Source: Eledone cirrhosa (Eukaryota). From it: 64,000 nt of DNA. Under the pieces are notes generated by a model. That model saw only the letters and a program-made list of their open reading frames with translations, did not search any database and was not told the DNA's origin. The position numbers and the translations under genes are program-made. Below, piece after piece: positions 41,801 to 56,178 of this stretch. Every line of letters begins with the position of its first letter. Positions within the stretch are counted from its first letter, which is position 1. The stretch spans positions 33,728,001 to 33,792,000 of the forward strand of contig OZ024748.1 in the NCBI GenBank assembly GCA_964016885.1. The letters are read 5' to 3'.

Positions 41801-44602
41801 GGTGGTGTTAATCAGTGTTGGCGTGGTGTAAATTAGTTGGAGTGAATCAGTGGTTTTGGACGTTAGGTGGAGTGAATCAGTGGTGGTGGACATTAGGTGG
41901 AGTGAAACAGTGGTAGTGGACATTAGGTGGAGTGAATCAGTGGTGGTGGACATTAGGTGGAGTGAATCAGTGGTGGTGGACATTAAGTAGAGTGAATCAG
42001 TGGTGGTGGACATTAGGTGGAGTGAATCAGCGGTGGTGGACATTAGGTAGAAAGTAGGTGGTGTTAATCAGTGTTGGTGTGGTGTACATTAGTTGGAGTG
42101 AATCAGTAGTGGTGGACATTAGGTAGAGTGAATCAGTGGTTTTGGACATTAAGTAGAGTGAATCAGTGGTGGTGGACATTAGGTGGAGTGAATCAGCGGT
42201 GGTGGACATTAGGTGGAGTGAATCAGTGGTGGTGGTCATTAAGTAGACTGAATCAGTGGTGGTGGACATTAGGTGTAGTGAATCAAGTGGTGGTGGACAT
42301 TTGTTGGAGTGAATCAGTGGTGGTGAACATTAGGTAGAGTGAATCAGTGGTGGTGGACATTAGGTGGAGTGAATCAGTGGTGGTGGACATTAAGTAGAGT
42401 GAATCAGTGGTGGTGGAGATTAGCTGGAGTGAATCAGTGGTGGTGGACATTAGGTAGAGTGAATCATTGGTGGTGGACATTAATTGGAGTGAATCAGTGG
42501 TGGTGGACATTAGGTGGAGTTAATCAGTGGTGGTGTAGATTAGGTGGAGTGAATCAGTGGTGGTGGACATTAGGTAGAGTGAATCATTGGTGGTGGACAT
42601 TAATTGGAGTGAATCAGTGGTGGTGGACATTAGGTGGAGCGAATCAGTGTTGGTGGAGATTAGATGGAGTGAATCAGTGGTGGCGGACATTAGGTGGAGT
42701 TAATCAGTGGTGGTGGAGATTAGCTGGAGTGAATCAGTGGTGGTGGACATTAGGTAGAGTGAATCATTGGTGGTGGACATTAATTGGAGTGAATCAGTGG
42801 TGGTGGACATTAGGTGGAGCGAATCAGTGTTGGTGGAGATTAGATGGAGTGAATCAGTGGTGGCGGACATTAGGTGGAGTGAATCAGTGGTGGTGGACAT
42901 TAGGAGGAGTGAATCAGTAATGGTGGACATTAGATAGAATGAATCAGTGGTGGTGGAGATTAGGTGGAGTGAATCACTGGTGGTGGACATTAGGTGGAGT
43001 AAATCAGTGGTGGTGTGGTGGACATTAGGGAGAGTGAATCATTGGTGGTGGACATTAGGTGGAGTGAATCAGTGGTGGTGGACATTAAGAGGAGTGAATC
43101 AGTGGTGGTGGACATTAGGTAGAGTGAATCAGTGGTGGTGGACATTAGGTGGAGTGAATCAGTGGTGGTGGACATTAGGTGGAGTGAATCAGTGGTGGTG
43201 GACATTAGGTGGAGTGAATCAGTGGTGGTGGACATTAAGAGGAGTGAATCAGTGGTGGTGGACATTAGGTAGAGTGAATCAGTGGTGGTGGACATTAGGA
43301 GGAGTGAATCAGTAATGGTGGACATTAGATAGAATGAATCAGTGGTGGTGGAGATTAGGTGGAGTGAATCAGTGGTGGTGGACATTAGGTAGAGGGAATC
43401 AGTGGCGGTGGACATTAGGTAGAGGGAATCAGTGGCGGTGGACATTAGGTGGAGTGAATCAGTGGTGGTGGACATTAGGTGGAGTGAATCAGTGGTGTTA
43501 GACATCAGGTACTGTCAATCAGTGGTGGTGGACATTAGGTAGAGTGATAGAGTGGTGTTGTGGTGGACATAAGGTGGAGTGAATCAGTGGTGGTGGACAT
43601 TAGGAGGAGTGAATCAGTGGTGGTGGACATTAGGTGGAGTGAATCAGTGGTGGTGGAGATTAGGTGGAGTGAATCAGTGGTGGTGGACATTAGTTAGAGT
43701 GAATCAGTGGTGGTGTGGTGGACATAAGGTGGAGTGAATCAGTGGTGGTGGACATTAGGTGGAGTGAATCAGTGGTGGTGGACAATAGGTGGAGTGAATT
43801 AGTGGTGTTGGACATTAGGTAGAGTGAATCAGTGGTGGTGGACATTAGGTGCAGTGAATTAGTGGTGGTGGACATTAGGTGGAGTGAATTAGTGGTGGTG
43901 TGGTGTACATTAGTTGGAGTGAATCAGTGGTGGTGTGGTTGACATTAGGTAGAATGAATCAGTGGTGGTGGACAATAGGTGGAGTGAATCAGTGGTGGTG
44001 GACATTAGATAGAGTGAATCGGTGGTGATGGACATTAGGTAGAGTGAATCAGTGGTGGTGGACATTAATTAGAGTGAATCAATGGTGGTGGACATTAAGT
44101 AGACTGAATCAGTGGTGGTGGACATTAGGTGGAGTGAATTAGTGGTGGTGGACATTAGGTAGAGTGAATCGGTGGTGGTGGACATTAGGTGCATTGAATT
44201 AGTGGTGGTGGACATTAATTAGAGTGAATCAATGGTGGTGGACATTAAGTAGACTGAATCAGTGGTGGTGGACATTAGGTGGAGTGAATTAGTGGTGGTG
44301 GAGATTAGGTGGAGTGAATCGGTGGTGGTGGACATTAGGTGCATTGAATTAGTGGTGGTGGACATTAGGTGGAGTGAATTAGTGGTGGTGTGGTGTACAT
44401 TAGTTGGAGTGAATCAGTGGTGGTGGACATTAGGTAGAGTGAATCAGTGGTGTTGGACGTTAGATGGAGTGAATCAGTGGTGGTGGACATTAGATGGAGT
44501 GAATCAGTGGTGGTGGACATTAGATGGAGTGAATCAGTGGTGGTGTGGTTGACATTAGGTGGAATGAATCAGTGGTGGTGGACATTAGATGGAGTTAATC
44601 AG
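35809..44602. repeat. 30-bp satellite, diverged block
   Basis: Same monomer; 37.75-39.85 kb carries the marker variants of the left-hand HOR. Confidence 0.98.
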
Positions 44603-45788
44603 AATATTTGTGGAAGAATGTAACACTAGGTCTTTTATTGTATTGGAAAGTCTCCTCGCTCATATTACAATATATTTAAATTTTAAATAAAGAATTCATT
44701 AAGCATCAGTTCTCACAGGCCAGTCAAAATCCCTTCGTGGTCATGATCCGGACTGGACGTCATAAGTTGCCAACCCCTAACCTATATGATTAAATATTTC
44801 ATTTCATGAGAAACTATGCTACATCGTGAATTGTTTGTACCACATTTTACAGGACAGTGAGAAATAGGTTTAAATCACCAACATTTGAACAATTGACTTT
44901 CCTGGTCTATCTTTATTTTATACTTGGACTTGAAATATAAAGTAATTTATTTGTATTGTTAACACAGCAGATATTGAGTACTTTTCTACACTCCATGGCG
45001 AACAATCTGGATTCATTAAGATACAAACACAACCTTTTTCTTACACCAACAACAGTCTTACACAGTCATATCTACTTCTACAAAAACAGTCATATCTACT
45101 TCTACAAAAATTACTATGGAGGACGTTAACCCTTTAACATTCACATTACTCTATCTACACTATTATATTTTCATGGTAAAGGCTTTACCTTGTATAATTA
45201 TCTCACTTAATATCGAATCTATGAGATTTTGAAAGTATTTATTTTGAGAACAATACCTTAACATCAGTTTGAGTGACCGGTTACAGCCAGTTTCAAAAGA
45301 AAGAGGTAGAGAATTCTGGCCGGTTTGGGCCGGTTTGAACATTAAAGGGAGATTTCTAACACAACTGTTTCTACCAATATAGATACAGATACACAGACAT
45401 ACAGTGGTGAGAAACCTTTGCCTAGTGAAACATGTACTGAACAAAGATCATTACACAGAAAAATTCCTGAATATAACTGTGAGATTTGTAGGAAAACTTT
45501 CTTATCAGAAGATGAATTATCTACACACAAACACATACATATTAAAGACGAACCTGTCACTGTGAAATATCTGGGATATCTTTTGCTTCTAACAGTAATT
45601 TAGCTGTACACATACTGGAGAGAAACCTTTCCATTGTGAAATATCTGAGATATCTTTTGCTTCTAACAGTAATTTAACTATACACAAAAGAACACATACT
45701 GGGGAGAAACCTTTCCACTGTGAAATATGTGAGCAGTATTTTGTCAGTAGCTGTAGTTTGACTAAACACGAAAGAAAACACATTGGAG
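44603..45788 (+). pseudogene. C2H2 ZNF pseudogene copy 3, 3'-truncated
   Basis: ATG 45116; same MITE, frameshift and junctions. Confidence 0.93.
45130..45349. mobile_element. piggyBac-type MITE in ZNF copy 3
   Basis: Same insertion as copy 1. Confidence 0.88.
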
Positions 45789-47390
45789 TCAATCAGTGGT
45801 GTTGTGGTGGACATTAGGTAGAGTTAATCAGTGCTGGTGGACATTAGGTGGAGTGAATCAGTGGTGGTGGACATTAGGTAGAGTGAATCAGTGGTGCTGT
45901 GGTGGACATTAGGTAGAGTGAATCATTGGTGGTGGACATTAGCTGGAGTGCATCAGTAGGGGGGTGGCAGACATTAGGTGGAGTTAATCAGTGGTAGTGG
46001 ACATTAGGTGGAGTGAATCAGTGGTGGTGGACATTAGGTGGAGTCAATCAGTGGTGGTGTGGTGGACATTAGGTAGAGTGAATCTTTGGTGGTGGACATT
46101 AGCTGGAGTGCATCAGTAGGGGGGTGGCGGACATTAGGTAGAGTTAATCAGTGGTGGTGGACATTAGGAGGAGTGAATCAGTGGTGGTGGACATTAGGTG
46201 GAGTGAATCAGTGGTGGTGGACATTAGCTGGAGTCAATGAGTGGTGGTGTGGTGGACATTAGGGAGAGTGAATCATTGGTGGTGGACATTAGGTGGAGTG
46301 AATTAATGGTGGTGGACATTAAGAGGAGTGAATCAGTGGTGGTGGACATTAGGTAGAGTGAATCAGTGGTGGTGGACATTAGGTGGAGAGAATCAGTGGT
46401 GGTGGACATTAGGTGGAGTGAATCAGTGGTGGTGTGGTTGAGATTAGGTGGAGTGAATTAGTGGTGGTGGACATTAGGTGGAGTGAATCAGTAATGGTGG
46501 ACATTAGATAGAATGAATCAGTGGAGATGGAGATTAGCTGGAGTCAATCAGTGGTGGTGTGGTGGACATTAGGGAGAGTGAATCATTGGTGGTGGACATT
46601 AGGTAGAGGGAATCAGTGGTGGTGGACATTAGGTAGAAGGAATCAGTGGCGGTGGACATTAGGTGGAGTGAATCAGTGGTGTTATACATCAGGTACTGTC
46701 AATCAGTGGTGGTGGACATTAGGTAGAGTGATAGAGTGGTGTTGTGGTGGACATAAGGTGGAGTGAATCAGTGGTGGTGGACATTAGGAGGAGTGAATCA
46801 GTGGTGGTGGACATTAGGTGGAGTGAATCAGTGGTGGTGGAGATTAGGTGGAGTGAATCAGTGGTGGTGGACATTAGGTAGAGTGAATCAGTGGTGGTGT
46901 GGTGGACATTAGGTGGAGTGAATCAGTGGTGGTGGACATTAGGTGGAGTGAATCAGTGGTGTTAGACATCAGGTACTGTCAATCAGTGGTGGTGGACATT
47001 AGGTAGAGTGATACAGTGGTGTTGTGGTGGACATAAGGTGGTGTCAATCAGTGGTGGTGGACATTAGGTGGAGTGAATCAGTGGTGGCGTGGTTGACGTT
47101 AGGTAGAATGAATCAGTGGTGGTGGACAATAGGTGGAGTGAATCAGTGGTGGTGGACATTAGATAGAGTGAATCAGTGGTGGTGGACATTAGGTAGAGTG
47201 AATCGGTGGTGGTGGACATTAGGTGCAGTGAATTAGTGGTGGTGGACATTAGATGGAGTGAATCAGTGGTGGTGGACATATGTAGAGTGAATCAGTGGTG
47301 GTGGACATTAGGTGGAGTGAATCAATGGTGGTGTGGTTGACATTAGGTGGAATGAATCAGTGGTGGTGGACATTAGATGGAGTTAATCAG
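45784..47390. repeat. 30-bp satellite, last block
   Basis: Same monomer; ends ...ATTAGATGGAGTTAATCAG like the other blocks. Confidence 0.98.
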
Positions 47391-48925
<1,535 letters not shown>

Positions 48926-49106
48926 GTCTAGCAACATGATAAAATAATAATCATATGGGAACTCTTAGCAGTTCTACAGACTCCAAACATTGCTTGTCAT
49001 TTTTAAAATATATTTTTAGTTGGAATTACATTCTTGTTCATATCTTTTCCTTGTCTTCTTGAAGTTATTTTTAATCTATGTAAAACAAGTCAGCATTCTT
49101 TTACTA

Positions 49107-49325
49107 ACACCAACATTCTCTGTTGTAGTGTTTAATTGAGGGACCCTCTCTCACCTGAGGAAATGCTGTGACTTCTCTTGTATCAGAAATGTTGGAGGGT
49201 TACACCAACATTCTCTGTTGTAGTGTTTAATTGAGGGACCCGCTCTCACCTGAGGAAATGCTGTGACTTCTCTTGTATCAGAAATGTTGGAGGGTTACAC
49301 CAACATTCTCTGTTGTAGTGTTTAA
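49107..49325. repeat. 95-bp tandem repeat, about 2.3 copies
   Basis: ACACCAACATTCTCTGTTGTAGTG starts at 49107, 49202 and 49297. Confidence 0.95.
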
Positions 49326-50148
49326 AGGGAGAGTTTTTACCTGTTTTTCTTTTTCTTTCTGATTTTATTCTTTTGGAAATAATTGAGTAATTTTTCATAA
49401 TTATATAAATTATATTTATGTCCTAAATTTCATTCCATTCCATATGTTGTTAATAAACGAGTTATATTTAAGGAATTGATCAAGTTTGTGACTTCACCGT
49501 TTCGTTATATTCCCATCTAAATCTCTTTTATCAACACCATATATAATGATATCACCTTGTTAGTAGTTTTAACACTAGAATAATCCCAACCATCCTGCTT
49601 CTTAATTTGTTCCACACCCCACATCCCACTTATGAAATCTTGTTAATCTATCTCTTGTGAAATTTTCTTTCAACTGGTAGCATTCCTCTGACAATTTTCT
49701 TTCTACATTCCAAAACAATAGACATGACAAAAAAGAACATTATAAGAAATCCCATACATTATAAAATAAATAGGATTGGTTGAGGTCTGAGTATGTAAAC
49801 TAAACAACTAATTCTGTTTTTTTTTAAATCAACAGGACAAATTAGTAAAATTACCAATTTACCAACCTCCTCCCTTATTTATTCCAAACTATCCCCTATT
49901 ATTTGGGACCCATGTGTACATCTAACACAAACACTTCATTGCTATTTAAATTATCTTTAATTCTATCACACTTTGTATATTTTAAAACTGAAATATTAGA
50001 ATATTCAACAATATCCAGGTTACAGGACCACTAACTTTGATGGCATTGTTGATTCCCTAATATAAAGTAACAAGAAAACAGAATAAAACAGGAAATCAAT
50101 TCAGTATGGAACTTATTAACTTACTAATGAACCAAGTCTGTCAATAAT

Positions 50149-50293
50149 TGTTTCTGCTTTAGGCACAAGGCCAGCAATTACCCAGTGCATTACTGGTACT
50201 TTATTTTATCGACCCTGTAAGGATGAAAGGCAAAGTTAACCTCGGCGGGATTTGAACTCAGAATGGAAAGGGCCGTAACTCTATGCTGCAAAG
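50149..50293 (-). mobile_element. Short retroposon (SINE-like) insertion with 16-bp TSD
   Basis: CAAGTCTGTCAATAAT at 50133-50148 and 50294-50309; core GGATGAAAGGCAAAGTTAACCTCGGCGGGATTTGAACTC recalls cephalopod SINE cores (from memory); strand tentative. Confidence 0.75.
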
Positions 50294-50594
50294 CAAGTCT
50301 GTCAATAATGACAGCAATAGTGTTGAATATATTTAATGTTTGGAGTCTAGGTTTGTTATGTTATATATATACTAGGTTTACCAGATCTACTGGGAAACTT
50401 GTGTTTTGATAAATTGATGGTGTAAGAGAAACCCTATAGTTTATGTTGATTAACATAGAAGTGATTAACATGGAAGTGATTAACAGTAAGAATGATATTT
50501 TAATGATTTATTTCTACGATATAATTATATAAATGTTTAACATTTAATATAGAGGATTAAATCTATGAGTAACTTTGGAGAAATAACTATTTCC

Positions 50595-50655
50595 AGGGAC
50601 TAATGTAGGGCTAGAACCCAGGACCTTGTGATAGGAAAGTTAACTTCTTATTGTA
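50595..50655 (-). mobile_element. Possible decayed tRNA-derived SINE head
   Basis: Minus strand has B-box-like GGTTCTAGCCC in a tRNA-like context; short and diverged. Confidence 0.35.
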
Positions 50656-51435
50656 ACAACAGGGCAGATAGGAAATACACTGTGTATATGTGTGTATATA
50701 TGATTGTGTATAAATTATAAAGAGTTACAAACAGTTATATGTATACATATATATATCCTCGACAACCACTTCAACACTTATTGATCAGGTGAGCATGCCT
50801 GTCAGATTTTTATCCTCACCAGAAGATGAGATAGTGACATTTGTAAATACACAATCCCCACCCCCTGGGGAAGAATGCACCTCCCAACATAACCCAGTAG
50901 TTAGTAACTTCATATACTTAGAAGAACTTGAAGACTGAGGGTAATCTGGAGGAGAAGGATATGAAAATTAAGGGACACCTCAGCCAGTTCTAAATTTAGA
51001 GATATTTTGTTTGATCTTTACAACAGTAAGGAAGAACAAATAGAAACATACAATATAGGGGAACAGTGGGAGTTCCTGAAAGAAACTTAGCTGAAGGTGT
51101 CAAACTAGATCTGTGGCTGGAGCAGGGCTTCAGAGAGAAGGAGAGTAACTTGGTGCTGAAACACTAGGGTAGATGAAACAATTAAGGTCAAGAGACAGGC
51201 ATGGAAAAATGGCAGAATGGGGGAAACTAGAGGGTACACTACCAGGAAGCTAGACAAGGAGTATTCTTTGCAAGGAGGGAAGCAGAGAATATATAATTTC
51301 AGCTGGTTTTATGGTGTGAGGACGAAATACATGAGATGTTCAGGATTGTGAGGCAGTGTGTGAGGGAAAATTGTGATGTTGGGGTAAAGTGTGTCCAGGA
51401 TGATAATGGGGCACTTGCCCTCACTGATGCTGAAT

Positions 51436-51632
51436 AGGGTCAGCTGAAAGGTTCATAGGCAGACCAAGATACTCTCATGGAATGACCAAATGAGGTTTAT
51501 TTTTCAACATAGTCCCTGGAAGGAAACAATGCAGTTATAAATAAGAAGAGTTGAAATTAATGCAGGCAAGATTTCACAGCTCTAGCATCATGCTATCATT
51601 GATAGTCTATGAACTTTTCAGCCAACCTTTAT
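51436..51632. mobile_element. Tc1/mariner-like MITE inside the LINE
   Basis: Imperfect TIRs AGGGTCAGCTGAAAGGTTCATAGGC (51436) and GTCTATGAACTTTTCAGCCAACCTT (51605), 20/25 match; TA near both ends; LINE peptide resumes after it. Confidence 0.7.
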
Positions 51633-52715
51633 AATATGGAAATGCCTTTATGAAAGATTACTGAATGAGGAGAATGCATGGAAGGAAGATAGTCTACAGA
51701 AAGTGGGCCCAACAGAGGGTCCAGCCATATAAGTAAGCAGTAGCGTAGTAAGATAATTAAGGATATGAAGACAGAGAAATTATCTTGTTCATTGGTGATA
51801 GTTGCTGAGATACTGAAAGTATCTGTGATGTGGGTCACATCTTAACCACTGGTATCGTAAAGCAAGTAATACAAAATGGTGTCATAACAAATGAATGATG
51901 TAGTATCATCATCATCAACTGCTACAAGGGCAAAGGAGATGTACTAGAGCTAGAAAACTATAGACATTAGATGGACCACTTCATGAAGGTGTTAGAGTTA
52001 TAACACAGCTGATTAGGGACCAAGTTAACCTAGATGAGATGAAGTTTGGATTTGTGCCAGGTAAAAGTACCATTGATGTCCTCTTCCTTGTGTGGCAACT
52101 GCAACCTAGCTAAAATAAGTCCCTCTACTTGGCATTTGTTGATCCAGAGAGAGCTTCTGTGAGACTTCTCCGTTCCATAATCTGGTGTGTAACTTAAAAA
52201 ACTAGGGGTATATGAGTGGCTTGTGAGAGCAGTAAAAGCCATGTATGGAGGAGCAGTCAGTAAGGTTAAAAGTAATGATGGCTATAGTGAGGAATTGAGT
52301 GAGCAAGTCTATCAGGGCTCTGTTATTAACCTTCTTCTGTTTATTATCATCCTGCAGACTATTACATAAGAGTTTAAGACTGGCTGTCCATGGGAACTCC
52401 TGTATGCACATGATTGAACCCTTGTAGCTTAATCTATGGTAAAATTAGAGGAGAAATTCCAAACCTGGAAGTATGGCCTAGAATGAAAATCTCTTAAAGT
52501 TAACTTAGCAAAATAGAAAGGAAAAGATCCCCTAAAAAAATGGCCTTGCTCAGTCTAAAGGGAAGGAGTAGGTAGAAATTCCAAACTATGGATAAACAAG
52601 AGATGGGATCTCAGTGAGATTAGCAAAAGAATGTAAGTGTTGTATGTGCTTGATGCACAAGAGCAATAAGTAGCAAGAGCTCACAAAAAAAACAAAAAAA
52701 AACAAGCTACTTTAA

Positions 52716-52938
52716 CCCTTTAGCATTTACATTACTCTATATATATACTATTATATTTTTGTGGTAAAGGCTTTATCTTACATAATTATCTCACATAATA
52801 TCGAATCTATGAAATTTTGATATTATTTATATTGAGAACAATACCTTAACGTCGGTATGAGTGGCCAGTTATGGCCTGTTTGAAAAGAAAGATGTGAGAG
52901 TATTCTGGCTAGGTATGCCCGGTTTAAATGCTAAAGGG
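52716..52938. mobile_element. piggyBac-type MITE, 223 bp, complete
   Basis: Perfect 14-bp TIR CCCTTTAGCATTTA/TAAATGCTAAAGGG; TTAA at 52712-52715 and 52939-52942; interrupts the LINE. Confidence 0.93.
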
Positions 52939-53192
52939 TTAAATGTCCAGAGAGCTCTGTAGAAACCGGTTCATAATTTCTGTTAACATAATTAACCAAA
53001 TTAACAGTGGAGGTGGGTGTTCTGAAGGTACAGTAGCCTGAGTGAGAATGGGATCGAAAAGGTTTACGGAGCTACTACTACTACTGCCTACAAAATGATT
53101 TCCCCTGGAAGTGAAAGGCAGATTGTATGAAGTTTGTGTATGAACAGCAATGTTACATTGAAGTGAGACCAAGGCAATATATTCAGAGGACC

Positions 53193-55683
53193 TGTAGTGA
53201 CCTACATTCTGCGGGCTCATATACATTCTCCGTGCGTTATTTGGCTCAGCCCAGCGAATGATCGCCAGCGGAGGAGATTATAGCTCTACGCGCCCTGCAA
53301 GGAAAATTCCCGCGCCGATTCGAGAAATCTCTCTCTTGCTGCTTGAACGCCGAAGGATCAACACAAACAACATGTAATGGTGAGATTTGCACTTTGGCCT
53401 GCCGGCCTTCCTTGGGCCTGGCACAATGCCACATTCCTTTTGTAAACCTTTTATGTTTAACTTCAACCATACAATTTAACAAACATTACTTGTGCTACAG
53501 CAAAATAAACATACATTTCATCTCTTAAAAAAAAAAAAAAAATTAATTAGCAGTATTTCAAAATAATTTCAACTCGAACACGAGGAAATTTCAAAATGGC
53601 TACCGACATGTCCTGTCTACAATCAACTATCAACAAGATCAGCAGCAGCAACACATGGTTAACTACTAACCAACAACAGGGAATAGCGATGTGGCAGCTT
53701 TATAGCCTTACCGACGCAACCACCACACCTGTCTCGCTGCAACGGTGACTCGAGAGTTGAAACAAGTCTTCTCACCACTATGGCGTCAGACGTGGTGTTC
53801 ATAATATTGGTGACTCTTTAGAAGACATATGGTTATCGGTTATAAAGGACATGTAGCAAGAGGTGCCTCCCTTGTTATGACAATCATCGCTCTCTAGACA
53901 GGAAGTAGCTGGAGTTACTTCCCGTTGGGGTGGCAGAACCCTTTTTGTCACTTCCGCCCTGGGACCCTATAAAAGGGATGGGTCAGGGCGATCTCACTCT
54001 CTTCTAACCTGCCTGACCCTTCGGCTAGGCGTCTTCGGCCAGGCGCGTTCGCCTGGCAACCCTAACATGGTCTCTTGCGAGCTAACTTCAAAACGGTAAC
54101 AAATAACGTTACTTCATTCTTTCATCTACTCATGGACATGTCAGCTATACTATTCTACATAACTTCAACTTGTTAATTAAACTTTATACACACAACTGAG
54201 TCTTTTGTTATATTCATACACGCCAGTATTTTGTTATAGACAGCTAATCAATGTCCGATGGGAATATCTTCTATTTTTTATATGTTTTGACTCCATTGAA
54301 TTCACTGGAAGTTATTGGTAGTGTATGCATCAGTATCAGAGTAAAAAACAACAGAGCTGATCAACGTAACAAATGTTTTATTGATGGAGTGGGGTGTGCA
54401 TAAATGTTAAGTCATAGCTGGATGGTTTAATGTCCCAAAGAATGGACTGAAGTGATTAGCACGTGAAGGTCCCGTAGTGGGGATCCCATCACGTGGTTAA
54501 TAGCCAGAGCGAAGCTATTGACGTCTGGTTATTTCGGACGATGCAGTCAAACTCCTTATTTGTACTCATCGTAACACAAGCGTAGCATACAAACCTCCAT
54601 CTTGTTACTTTGCCCGACTCACTGGGAAAACAACAAATGGAACTGGACCTGCCAGCATTTCCACCATTTCTCCTGTGGATTCGCCAGAATTATGGAATTT
54701 ACACTTAAACTACTACCCACCTACAGATTCAACTTACTTTTTTTCTTTTCAAAGCAACCAGCCATTTTTTCCTGGCTGCCTAGCACTTCCGGCAATTCAA
54801 ATGGGAGGCCGACAATTTCTCGCCTACCCATCATCATATTGGCAGCTCTGCTACATTTACTATAACAGCTATCCAGCTCTGGTAAAGCATGAACAGCACC
54901 ATCATTGACAACACCTACTGGTAAACTACCATAACAGCTACTGGTACAACACTTACCATTAACATTTAATGCAAGAACAGCAACTTCTCCCATGTCAGAC
55001 TTTATCCGTTTTCTGTTAGACCCCTGGTGGTCACGTATAAATAGCAGAACAACTAGTCATTTGACACAGCGGCTCAACACGGCCCTTAGCGCCTCATTTT
55101 TTCTTCTTGCATGCATTCATTCTTTTTAATTCTTTCATTGATGTGATCTTTCAGCATTTTTCCCTGCTGATTCAATAATATTTATCGTCTTGCGACTAGG
55201 AAGGGGGTATTGTAATGACCTACACTCCGCGGGCTCATATACATTCTCCGTGCGTTATTTGGCTCAGCCCAGCCAATGACTGCCAGCGGAGGAGAATGTA
55301 TCTCTACGCGCCCTGAGGAAAAAATTCCCACGTCGGCTCGGAAGATCTCTCTCTTGCAGCCCGGTAGTGATAAGGTAAACAACTGCTTTTCTTTCGCCGT
55401 GTAATCACTAGCCAATATGTAACACAACAATTTAACCACGGCCTGGCAACACTTCAGCAGTAGGCCATGCTTTCTGAGAATCTTAATTCGTTTGTTTCAT
55501 TTGTCTTGGCATGACAGCTCTACACAGCTCAACCTTTGTTAATAAATAATGTAAAACATTCTAAAGTCGTTGTCAATATTCCTATCATAACTTTCTACCA
55601 AACTGGTTACTCTTGGCGCTGTAACTATTACATTACTACTTCTATAACTCTGCTAAACTGGTAATTATAATAGGACTACTACA
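53193..55683 (+). mobile_element. Putative non-autonomous LTR element (ends uncertain)
   Basis: About 150-bp direct repeats starting TGTA(G/A)TGACCTACA at 53193 and 55211; PBS-like TGGCGTCAGACGTGG at 53781; purine tract AGGAAGGGGG before 55211; no recognisable ORF; TSD not found. Confidence 0.55.
53852..54238 (+). mobile_element. Solo LTR, 387 bp
   Basis: TGTAGCAA...TTGTTATA imperfect terminal inverted repeat; GACA duplicated on both sides; TATAAAA at 53968; ATTAAA at 54176. Confidence 0.7.
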
Positions 55684-55704
55684 TCTATATAATACGGAGG
55701 AGTA

Positions 55705-56178
55705 TGTAGCGACGTGGTTAGTCAGTCTGGTCACTACTTCCGAGAATAGCCCTTAAAAGGACTGTTATTGCATACGGTCTGATCGTATCTGAAGATAGCC
55801 CTTAAAAGAACTGTTGTCACATACGGTAAGGATGAACAGACGAAAGCACAAATTGAAAGGACGAAGCAAGGCGAGAGATGTAATTTAGATCAGCTATTTA
55901 TTTTCACATGAAGCGACGATACAAGGTACAAGGCGTGTGTGAGTGACAAGCGTGGCAGAGGCGAGGAACAACGATACGCGGATTGACTCTGCCAAATTTC
56001 GACTGGCGAAAGTGTTTGGAACCACTCAATTTATACAGAAATAATCGTTTGATGTTTAGTCGCTGCGTAGGCGTTTATTCTAGTGGATTCTAAGAGTTGT
56101 TTGTTTCACGGTGAGGTAGCTAGCTAACAGATAGATGGAGCTGTATATTTCATAGATGTTATTTCCGGTGGCTGTACA
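55705..56178 (-). repeat. 3' LTR of the Gypsy element
   Basis: Minus-strand PPT AGGGGGATAA then TGTACAGCC; TATA-like near 56030 and AATAAA near 55900 in the expected order; TG...CA ends. Confidence 0.75.

Larger units (their letters stand above)
50790..53192 (+). mobile_element. Decayed RTE-clade LINE, 5' part (endonuclease end and RT)
   Basis: Remnant peptides FILTR, PGEECTSQH, YERLLNEENAW, NCYKGKGD, GCPWELLYA; colinear with 62744-64000; many stops and frameshifts. Confidence 0.85.

Noticed and set aside
238-47279. Trp-rich, Val-rich and Thr-rich ORFs as real genes
   Set aside because: Overlapping translations of the satellite; frequent 35-bp frameshifting units; many start at GTG; no non-repetitive domains
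1-47390. CRISPR array
   Set aside because: Contiguous monomers, no unique spacers, no cas genes, eukaryotic context
1-47390. Telomeric array (TTAGG in each monomer)
   Set aside because: One isolated TTAGG per 30 bp, never tandem; array is internal and interleaved with genes
54602-54993. env- or gag-like ORFs in the LTR-like element
   Set aside because: Short, overlapping, no recognisable motif
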